From contig CM060734.1 in assembly GCA_030704615.1 (NCBI GenBank), positions 43,834,001 to 43,898,000 of the forward strand: 64,000 bases of DNA, in the 5' to 3' direction. Each line of letters opens with the position of its first letter. Positions within the stretch are counted from its first letter, which is position 1. This DNA comes from Takakia lepidozioides (Eukaryota > Plantae > Bryophyta). This document shows positions 41,854-51,990 of the stretch, one piece after another. The position numbers and the translations under genes were made by a program. The notes under the pieces are model-generated. The model saw only the letters and a program-made list of their open reading frames with translations, was not told where the DNA came from and made no database searches.

Positions 41854-44660
41854 ATGAATTGCTTTGCCTTCAGTTTGAAGGACTTGGGAGCACTGAAGGG
41901 TCAAGAGATCCGTATTGAGTTGGCCACTGACACGCCAATCTTTCGGAGACCCTATAGATACAGTGACATGGAGAGGTCTTTGATTCAGATGAGGACTCAA
42001 GATCTCTGGGAGGTAGGTTTGGTGGAGCTCTCTGGTGGAGAGTATGCTTCAGCCACAGTGATGCCAGCCAAGAAAGATGTCTATGGCAATTGGACGGAGA
42101 GACGTGTGTGCGGTGATTACCAGCCTGTAAATCGTCAGACCAAGTCCGATAGGTATGCCATGCCGACACCAGAGGAGATCTTTGATGCCATTGGGCATGC
42201 CAAGGTCTTTAGCACGTTGGATTTACGATCCGGATATCACCAGTTGCCGATCAAGGAGGCGGATAAGCAAAAGACGGCATTCTGGGGGATCAATGAGCAC
42301 GGGAAGGATTGCCTATATCAGTGGCGGTTCTTACCATTTGGGCTTAAAAACGCTCCTGCTGAGTTTCAAAGAGTCATGGACAGGATTCTAGCAGGGGTGG
42401 AGTTTGCTCGGTGCTACATAGATGACATCATCATCTTTAGTGCTATGGTGGAGGAGCAGAGAGACACCTTCAGGGGATATTTGAGCGCTTGAGGGCGCAC
42501 GGATTGAAGTTACATCCGGGAAAGTGCAAGTTTTTCCACAACCAGATTGAGTATCTGGGTCACATGATATATCCTGGAGGATTGGGGGTACAGCAGACTA
42601 AGGTAGAGTCCATTGCACAGGTTCCACGCCCCACGGATGTGAGCCGAGTTTGAGCTTTCATGGGGTTAGCAAACTATTATAGACGGTTTGTTAAGGGATT
42701 TAGTGCCATTGCAAAGGCTCTAACCAAGCTGACCAAGGTGGACCAGGAGTGGCAGTGGGAAGATGAGCAAGAACAAGCTTTTCAAGAGCTCAAGGCAAGG
42801 TTGACCTCGGCGCCCATCTTGAGACGGCCTATCAGGGGGCGTCCTTTTCAGCTGCATACGGATTGGAGCATGCTGGGGCTTGGAGCGGTGCTCACACAGG
42901 TGGATGATGAGGGAAGAGAGTTCGTAGTGGCTTACGCTAGCCGCTCGAACAATGCTGCAGAGTCTAAGTATAGCTCATATGAGGGAGAATGCTTAGCTGC
43001 AGTGTGGGCCGTGACACACTTCAGGTGATATCTATACGACAATCTCTTCACCCTTGTTATGGATCACCAACCACTCAAGTGGTTGATGGAGTCAGACAAG
43101 CTTACGGGGAAGCTTGCACGGTGGTGCATCGACCGGGTTTGGTCAATCGCAATGCAGATGGGTTGAGTCGCAATCCATGCACGAGCCAGCAGGATGACAC
43201 TGGAGCTCGGTGGCATGGTGAGACAGACGAGGAGATGGTGCCCGAATGGCATGCATCTGCATTTCTGTGTATCTTGGCAGCAAAAGGCCAGGTTGGACCT
43301 GCAACGGGGATGACTGTGGATCAAGTGTCTGAGGACCCTGAGGCCAGCAATGAGCAAGGTGGCACCAAAGATATACATGAGGATTCAGCTGTGTTGGACT
43401 ATCTTCGCACTGGAGACACGGCAGCCACTGTGACTGCTAGGGAGAGGGATCGGATCCTACAGCGAGCCAAGAGGTTCAAGTGGGAGGGTACACACCTGCT
43501 CCGAGTGTGGGAGGATGGTCGAGTGAGGATTGTGCCTCACCCAACACAGCGGGCACGGTTAGTGCGGCATGCCCATGAGAAGTTGGGGCATTTTGGGGTG
43601 CGACGCATTCATAGTCTACTACAGGGGCAGTATTGGTGGCGTGGTATGCACACAGAGGTGCAACAATTTGTGGCTAGGTGCATGGTGTGTGACAGGGTGC
43701 GTGCTTCATTCAACACCCCTACTCCACAATTGCACCCTCTTCCGATCATGGGATTGGGCTACAGGTGGAGTCTTGACTTCGCAGGGCCGTTGCCACTGAC
43801 CATGCGCCACAACAAGTATGTGTTGGTGATGGTGGAGCACTTCTCCAAGGGGATTGAGTTGGTTCCATTGCCTGATAAGGCTAGTGAGGGAGCTGCGTAT
43901 GCATTCTTGGATTGTGTGCTTAGCCGATTTGGTGCTCCAGCTGAGGTACTCACGGACCAAGGGAGAGAGTTCTTGGGGGAGTTTCAGGCTTTGTGTGACA
44001 AGGCCTTGATAGACCACCGCACCACTTCTCGGGATCATCCTGAGGCCGATGGCTTGGCAGAGAGAGTTGTTCAGACAGTAAAGAGGGGTTTGCGCAAGTA
44101 TGGCTTGCAGAAGGGACACCTAGGAGATTGGGACCTTCAGTTACCCTGGTTAGCCATGGGCTACAGGTTCAGCAAGCAAGCATCACTTGCCTCTGTCTCA
44201 CCATGCTTTCTTCTCTTTGGCCGAGAGCCGGATTTGCCTACATCCATTCGCAGAGAAGCTGCTGCAGTTTTTAACCTTGACGATCCGGACGTGTAGGCAC
44301 GTGCATGTGAGCAGCGTGCAGAGTTGTTCAAGAAAGTCATGCCCATGGCTTTCGAGAACCTTGCCATCGCACAACACCGTGATACGTTGAGGTATGCTAC
44401 CATACGTGGTGGGGGCTATCGTCCTGGGGTCAGGAGATTCAACCCTGGTGACTATGTCTATCCGCAGCAGACTGCTCCTACGACCTTGGATGTGACTGCA
44501 GGACGTGTTATTTTGAGGGTTCGAGAGGTCTTGCCCTCAGGCGCCTTGGTCTTGGAGGGTCGGGATGGCATAACTTGGAAGGACCATGTGCGTAATTGTG
44601 CGCCATGTCACCTTCCGAATGTCGATGGCAGGATTGATCCAAACCTGGCAGTGGTATCTG
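41854..44660 (+). pseudogene. RT-RNase H-integrase of element B
   Basis: LDLRSGYHQ, LPFGLKNAP, YIDD; LHTDWS..LGAVL, ADGLSR; H..LGH..CMVC, WSLDFAGP, TDQG, ADGLAER. Confidence 0.95.
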
Positions 44661-44671
44661 TAAGTTTGAGG

Positions 44672-44815
44672 TGCATGTTGTGTAGGTCTGCTAGAGGGGC
44701 AGCCACCATGCTGGTGTGTGATCGATGCTCTAGAGGTTGGCATATGGGATGCTTGACTCCACCTCTTGAGATGGTTCCGGATGGGGATTGGTTATGTTCA
44801 CATTGCATTGGATAG
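44672..44815 (+). other. PHD finger at the pol C-terminus
   Basis: CMLC...CDRC..GWH..CLTPPL..VPDGDWLC..C, a complete C4HC3 pattern. Confidence 0.92.
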
Positions 44816-45075
44816 TGGGAGTGGATACAACCATAGAAGGCTAACAAGAAATGCAAGGCCAAGCTACTAGGAGACCTTGAACACACGAGATCTTGGCTCA
44901 AGTTCACAGATTGCAAGACGGCGACTAACGATGGGGCTACTCTTGTACCCGGCCTCTTGGTCTATAGAGTTTGAGTACAATAGGGATAGTGATAGAGGAC
45001 TTAGTACGGCTGTGGCTATTACATCTTGTAGCTATCTGGAGGTAGAGGGACCTATCCACCAGCTAGGGGGGCGAT

Positions 45076-45602
45076 TGTGGCAGACTACTTTATTGTGCAT
45101 ATATGTGTGGTGTGGTTTGGACAACGATGTAGTTGTGTAGCGATACGTATGCGCACGACAGCTGTCAAGTTAAATAAGCACAGTGTGAAACTAACTAGAA
45201 TAAAGCTAGTTATTTGTATTTAACACTTGAATTTAGGTCAAGTGTTAAATCAGGTGTCAAGTTTAGTTTGACACCTAAACCGTCTTATCTTCACGAGAGC
45301 GTCAGTCGCGCAGCTCATCTCTCTCGAGTTGAGCCTGCGCGACCGAGCTCCTTCATCGTTTAGAACTGAGTGTACTTATGATGGGAGGATAGGTTGTTGT
45401 GGGGTGGAGTCCCCATAGCTTGGGGTGCCCCTGACTCGACTATTATCTGAAAGAGTGATGATGAGATGGATTTCATGTTTCTTGTGTTAAGAGTGTGTTC
45501 TTAGCTTTTCTTATCATTGTGGCAGACTACTTTATTGTGCATATATGTGTGGTGTGGTTTGGACAGCGATGTAGTTGTGTAGCGATATGTATGCGCACGA
45601 CA
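45076..45602 (+). repeat. 85-bp direct repeat (45076-45160 / 45518-45602) bracketing the 354-bp LTR-A copy (45163-45516)
   Basis: TGTGGCAGACTAC...GCGCACGACA twice, with 2 differences. Confidence 0.95.
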
Positions 45603-46277
45603 AACTGTTCCTCCAACGGAGAGTGTACCTCGCCCCCCTCCACCTCAGACGTTGAAGGTCCGGCTGCGAAGACCTGTTGCGGCGTATAATCTGGAGATTG
45701 GTCTGCATTTCTTCCTTCTTCCATATCGTCGTTTCCATCCGCCTTTCCTCCTTCTTCCACCTCGTCGTTTCCATCGAACCATATGATGTCCTGCCCTTGA
45801 CGTATATACAAGTCTGGGATATCAGAGAACATGTATAGTCTAGTACGCTGTCTCGCAGTGGCAGTTTGCCAATCCACCGGTCGCAATAAAATCAACTTTG
45901 TGTACAACATGGCCGCAAATAAATACGGGACCTTGTTGTTGACCCCACAATGTTGTATGTACCTCCTCTGCCCTGTGGCGGAAATGCGGGTTAGCGAAGG
46001 AATGCAAGCTAGCTTGATTTTGTTTGGTTTGTGGATCATGCCTATCTCTGTGCCATAAACGATTTATGTGACACTAGTCCACAAATTTCTTGCAGTCACC
46101 AAGCGACCACCGCTGCCCCAACTTCCAAACTTCCCAACCTGGTTCCGCAAGAATGTTGGGGTCATTGTATATGTCCCAACGAAGTTCGCGCCTGACCCCT
46201 TTTGGTTTTTTTTTGGGAGGTCCAGGTTCATTATCATCATCCCTGCGATGACCTCCTCTGTCTTCCTCCTCCGCCAT
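45603..46277 (-). pseudogene. 5' part of the hAT cargo RING gene
   Basis: MAEEEDRGG..PPKKKPK (NLS-like) ... EVHSPLEEQ; joins in frame to LAAHEQHIKDL at 14370 through a shared AGTT. Confidence 0.75.
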
Positions 46278-46704
46278 TTATGGTTCTGGCTTACCCCTAC
46301 TCGACAGGTGTTTGCTAAGAAAAATGCTCTCCCAACCCTCCTAATCGTATCTAATCCTACTCCCTAATGAATCCTCCCCAAGTACTAGAGGCACGTGTCA
46401 CTCCCTCGGCACTTCTAAGTGAAATGACGCAATGTGCAATGAAAAAAATGTGGGTACCAGAGGAGGGCTTCCCGGGAGGTACTCAGCATCGAATTCGTAG
46501 AATCCAACGGCCCAAAATACCCCCCACCCAACCAATAGCACCCCTCTCCACTTGGACTCAATGACAATGAATGCAACATCCCATCACCCACCAAGTCCTG
46601 GTGTGGAGAAAAGTGAGGGAGAGAATGGCCTCCAAGGCCTTATAAGCCCCCCGTCCACACTCGGGGCGCGCGTTGTCATCATGATTGCGCACGCTAGTAA
46701 TAGC

Positions 46705-47400
46705 TGCGACCGCCAGCAGGGGTGGTCGCATCTTTTTTTCTTTTCTTTATTATGTGCGACCACCAGCAGGGGGGTGGTCGCAGAATTTTTATTTTTTTAA
46801 TAGGTGCGACCACCGGCAGGGGGGTGGTCGCAGATTTTTTTATTTTTTTTAATGGGTGCGACCCCCAGCAGGGGGGTGGTCGCAGATTTTTTTATTTTTA
46901 ATAGGTGCGACCACCAGCAGGGAGGTGGTCGCATAATTTTCCTTTTATTTAATAGATGCAACCACCAGCAGGGGGGTGGTCGTAGGGGTGTGGTCACATA
47001 ATTTTCCGATTTTTTAATATCTACCAAGAGTTAGTAGCTCAGTTGGTTAAGTGCACTGAGTGCGACCCGGACGATTTTGGGGTCAAATCTTGCTACTTGA
47101 TGGGTGTGGTGCCCCATTCCTACGCCTCTTGGTGCATAAATGAAAGAGGTTATTTTCTCCTCTCACTACTAAGGGGCCTGATTTGTGAGTTGTCGCTCCC
47201 AGGTGTTTCCCAAAAAAATAAAAATAAAAAAATAAAATAAAATCTGCGACCACCAGCAGGGGTAATCAGTAAATCAGTAAATAGGTGCGACTACCAGCAG
47301 GGGGGTGGTCGCAACATTTTTCTTTTATTTTAACAGTTGCGACGACCGCTACTGGTGGTCACACAATTGTTTTTTTTAAAATAGGTGCGACCACCAGGAG
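46705..47400. repeat. Palindrome array 2 (internal, opposite orientation)
   Basis: TGCGACCACCAGCAGGGGGTGGTCGCA copies with T-rich spacers, upstream of TATAAG (46639-46644, minus strand). Confidence 0.95.
47029..47241 (+). mobile_element. tRNA-derived SINE inserted in array 2
   Basis: A-box TAGCTCAGTTGG, B-box-like GGTCAAATC, A-rich tail; shares CATAAATGAAAG.GGTT..TTTT..AAGGG.CCTGA with ~62529-62573. Confidence 0.65.
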
Positions 47401-47699
47401 GTTGGTCCCCTTGCACCTGTATATATGTTTGGAGAGACAGATGAAAAGCACGTGTATCGACTCCCCATGGATTTGTGAAGGGGAAGATGAATGTTGGGAG
47501 CTGCACCTGGCCTTTGTGGCTTTCGAAACCATAATATGAAATCAACAATGTAAAGGTAATGACGAAACACAAACACACGCACAACCACCAAACCCTTTCT
47601 TGGGTACACATATTCCACCATTTTTATTTCCGTACACGTATGCATGTACCCAAACTGAAACTTAGATATCCATGGAAACATACTACACATCATGTGACA

Positions 47700-50690
47700 G
47701 AAGTTATAGCTGTACCTAATTCCGTCTGCACGACGACGATGGTATGATCTCACGCCTAGTACAAAATCTTCGTTCCCACTCACTTCACCCCCGTTCCCAT
47801 GATCTCCATCTGTTCTTTCGTTTCCGGAGGCAACTGCCTGTTGGACCTGTAGTCGTCCTCGGAGTACGTTCAGTTGTCTCTCTGGTCGGTTTCCACTCCT
47901 ATCATGAATACCATCTAGGGTTTCAGGCCTATTCACAGGTCGGTCACCAACAAAAGGTTGCGCAATTCTTTGCCGTTTCTGGGCTTGTCCCGGATTTCGT
48001 GGTGGCCTTGGAGCAGGTCTCGTATGAGGAAGGCTACTCGTACGTATATCAGAGGGGCCGACATGAGAGGAAGGGGCATGAGATGGACCAGCGAGGGTCG
48101 AGGGAGCACGGTTCACATGCGGACGTCGTCGGGCCAGATGAAACGACAATGGCCGGTCGTCGTCATCCGATGGTTCGACTTGTAGAAGTCCCGCAGTAGA
48201 AGAACCATCTCCCAGGATCGGAGTAGCGATGGAAGGAATTACATGAGGGGGAGAGAGACTAGATGGACTAGCATGGGATGGACTGGCTTGAGAAAGAAAA
48301 ACATGAGATGGAGCGGGGTAAGATGAAGCACGATTCACAGGGGCACGATGTTGGTGAAGGAATGACAACGGCCGGTTGTCATCATCCGACGATTCGACCT
48401 GCACATCTCCCGCAGTCCGTGGAACTCGTGGTGGGGGAGAGTTGACCTTAACTTCATTGTTGAGAGTGTGCTCCACTGGGGGAAGAGGGTCCGCAATTGG
48501 GATGACACCATGTCGCAGTTCATCAACAACAAGGTCATCGAAAGATGGATGCATTGCAGCATCATCGTCATTAAATTCATATGGGTCATGTGGAGGATTG
48601 CCCACATCATCAGACCCATCCCAACCGTCGGAGTCGGAGTCCCTCGCGGCATCAGTGTCATCGTTGCTGCTAGATTGGACCTCTGAGGCAGATTCTTCAG
48701 ACAACAGATTCTTCTCGTACCATGCAGATGCGTCACTTGCTCTCATCTCTTGCAGTAGCCTACGATTCGTGTAGACATAAACCAATTTGTCAGCCCTGGC
48801 AAGATTCAACCTGTTGCGAATCTTGTTGTGAACAAACGAGTAACTGTTCCAGTTCCGCTCACAGGACGAGGCGCACACTTGAGCAAGAATACGCTTTGCA
48901 ATGGGAGCTAATGTTCTTGCTCCAGCTCCAATCAGATCCCACCATTCATGTGGCAACATGTTCATTGCTTTTGGATCCGGCATGTCATGGAAATGATTCT
49001 GCCGATCCGAGAAGCACTGGTACTCAGACAACACTCGCTCTGCCATGTTCAAGGGCGCAAGTTGCATGATGACCCGTACAAGCCCGGCTTTGGCATCCAC
49101 ATCGTCTCTCAAATCCATATTGTCCAGCAAGAATGGATTCAGCAAGGCCCCCGCATAATGCAAGTTCGTGCGAACCATCCGTTTGCGGTCGTAAAATGCA
49201 TCATCGGTCCTTGCCGCCAAATCATCGTCCATAGAAAATGGAGGACGCCTCAAGGATTGCACATGCTTCTCAAGATTTTCCAATATCAACCATGCTTTAC
49301 CCATTATTGGTTGTTTTCCATCAAACTCCCGCAAAGCAATCAACACCGGCTCCACCATGTACACAAAATTTGCACATTTCGCCCAGAAATCGTCGGAGCG
49401 AAAGATTGCGCGGACCCCCTGACTTTTGCTCAAAGACTTGGACTTACGAGAGTCGCGTAAGGTGCCCACATACACATCCCATTGAGGGTCAATGATCACT
49501 TGCTCCAGACCCGCCCTCACAGTCACCAGTCGATCCACAATCAAAAAGTTTGTGGCAAAGTGGGTTTCACCCGGGTTCCTAAGGCTGTATTTGGGTTCAT
49601 GCTTTCTAAACAATGCCAGAGGGATGTGATGTGTACAAATAAACGTCACAACCGACTTGCCTTTTTTACTAGTTGTTTCATCCATGATTCTTTTCCCCAA
49701 TCCTCCAAAATGAGATCAAAGATATGAGCAACACACCCTTGGTAATATAGATGGGGATATCGTACCATCAAAATATCGGCCATATTAACCATGTTAGATG
49801 CATTGTCCGTGCACACTTGGACAATTTTATCAGCTCCAATTTTATCGATGAAACTCGTCAACAACCCTACTTGATAACGTGCATCTTTTCTCTCCCCGCT
49901 TGTATCAACGGATCCCAAAAATTGTTCCCCTGTAGAACAGACCAGCATGACATTGAACAGTGGTCGATTAGTAATAGAACTCCAACCGTCCGCACATATA
50001 ATGCTTCCATATTTCCGGAGAGAATCACCTGTCTTTTCATTCACCTTTTGGGTGAGGTCAGACATAGCCTCTTCTAGCAATCATGTGCGGAGATCGCGAT
50101 AACTTGGAGGTGTGTATGTGGATTTGGAATCGGACGTGGCTTTGACAGCAGCCACAAACACAGGAAGCCTCGAGACATTGAACGGAATATTGGCCTCGTA
50201 AAAAAATTGGGCTCACTTCTTATCCAGAGTCCTCCTATGCAACAAATTTAAGCCTTCTTGCATTGATTGTTGCCTCAATGGTCTGGTCCGTACAAGTGCT
50301 GGCGTACAATCGGGTGTTGCTCCTGACCCATCGGCTTCTCCACGAACAGCAGACGCCTCGCAAGAATCCCTTTGGGTACAACTCTGAGGGACAGTTTGAT
50401 TCGAACCTGGAGTGTTTGGCTCAGAAGCCGCGGCCACATCAAGAGACGGTGGGATATTGCCTCCACATTGGGTAAAGTGGGTTTTCACTCACATGGAGGC
50501 TTTTGGGCACAAACTAACCCTTGCATTCTTCCCATCTCTGTAGCCGAGGTGATATAACATGCGATCTTTGCGACCCGCCAGCTTCAATGCACAAAGATTG
50601 CATTGAACACCGTCCTTTTTGTGCGGGTCTATGGTGAACCAAGGGATCCACTCATCTCTCATTCTCACACCCAAAACCCTAACCACAGAC
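47700..50690 (-). pseudogene. hAT transposase (BED finger, DUF659-type core, dimerisation domain, long disordered tail)
   Basis: CNLC..H..C; ANIPFN; ADGWS; CTDNAS; CVAH; ET(H)FAT; WW....LAPIAKRILAQVCASSCERNW; stops and frameshifts. Confidence 0.93.
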
Positions 50691-51027
50691 TTAAGGTTGA
50701 ACGAAGAACACTAGTGTATTTGGTAGATTTGTCAAAAGCAATAGAAGTTAGAACAGAATGCGATGGCCCAACACTACGGCATCAATCTAAGTGGATCAAT
50801 GCACCATGTAGTATTGTGCTTTTCGACAATTTGCTGCAGTGGCTCTGGTGGAAGCCACAACAGCAAACGGTCTGCACCCTCCTCTTGGGCTTACACTATT
50901 GCTCAAGGAATAGAGAACATTCACTCGCCACAAAAGTGTTTGCTACAAAAGAAGTGAGGGGCATTGGGACCACCTTATATATCCTCCAGCCTCCAAGCCT
51001 CACACGCTCAACGAATCAGATCCAATG

Positions 51028-51165
51028 TTGCGACCGCTCCAGGTCGCACGAGGAAGTCGTTTGTTATTTTTTTTTAAAAACTGCTGCGACCACCCTCATG
51101 CTGGTGGTCGCACCTATTAAAAAAAAAAAAATGCTGCGACCACCCCCATGCTCGTGGTCACAGAG

Positions 51166-51197
<32 letters not shown>

Positions 51198-51750
51198 TTG
51201 CTGCGACCACCCCCTGCTGGTGGTCGCACCTATTAAAAAAACAAAAAATTTCTGCGACCACCCCCATGCTAGTGGTCGCACCTATTAAACAAATAAAAAA
51301 TTTATGCGACCACCCCCATGCTGGTGGTTGCACCTATTAAAAAAAAGAAAAATGCTGCGACCACCCCATGCTCGTGGTCACAGAGAATATTTAAAATAAA
51401 ATAAAATAAAATAAAATTCTGCGACTACCCCCTGCTGGTGGTCGCACCTATTAAAAAAACAGAAAAATGCTGCGACCACCCCATGCTGGTGGTCGCAGAT
51501 ATTAAAAAATAGAAAAATGTTGCGACCAGCCCCCTAATGGTGGTCACATCTATTACAAATAAAATAAAAATTGTGCGACCACCAGTAGCGGTGGTCGCAA
51601 CTGTTTAAGAAAAGAAAAAAATGCGACCACCCCTGCTGGTGGTCGCATCTATTTTTAAAAAACAAAAAATGTTGTGACCACCCCTCTGCTGGTGGTCGCA
51701 ACTATTAAAAAATAAGATAAATTCTGCGACCACCACCATTTGGAGGTCGC
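51028..51750. repeat. Palindrome array 3
   Basis: About 13 copies of the same hairpin, upstream of TATATAA (50975-50981, minus strand) of the transposase. Confidence 0.95.
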
Positions 51751-51914
51751 ACCAATTTAACAATAATGATTTAAAAATGACCTCAACTATTGGCGGATGG
51801 AGTAATTTATAAAACAATTCATTCACTTGCCAAGGTGTCGCTTGGAATACAATGTGTCCACCTACGTGACATATTTTTCACCTAACTCATGTTTTACTGA
51901 TTTTTCGGCAAAAC

Positions 51915-51990
51915 TGACGTGACGTTGGTCGCGTCATCGTCAGGTCCGACGTGACGTGTCGTCACTGACGTGTGCAACCCTGATTTATTC
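51915..51990. mobile_element. hAT terminus: GACGTGACG motifs, TIR CAGGGTTGCA (minus, 51973-51982) and TSD ATTTATTC (51983-51990)
   Basis: A CAGGG start and an 8-bp TSD are hAT hallmarks. Confidence 0.88.

Larger units (their letters stand above)
36570..45160 (+). mobile_element. Gypsy LTR retrotransposon 'B' carrying a C5 DNA methyltransferase and a PHD finger
   Basis: Domain order gag-ZnK-PR-DNMT-RT-RH-IN-PHD; PPT AGGGGGG then TGTGG at 45076; degenerate PBS-like TAGTATTAGAGTC near 37535; both LTRs truncated. Confidence 0.9.

Noticed and set aside
14016-45516. 354-bp inverted repeats as TIRs of one 31-kb element (Polinton/DIRS-like)
   Set aside because: No matching TSD, no PolB, capsid or tyrosine recombinase, and the repeats cut through a gene; better explained as LTR segments at inversion junctions.
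47376-47700. C-terminal extension of the 774-aa hAT ORF
   Set aside because: Reads through UTR-like sequence into the palindrome array; probably not part of the real protein.
51028-51750. CRISPR array (also 21525-21985 and 46705-47400)
   Set aside because: The repeats are palindromic and regularly spaced, but the spacers are low-complexity A/T tracts, there are no cas genes, and the context is a eukaryotic transposon.
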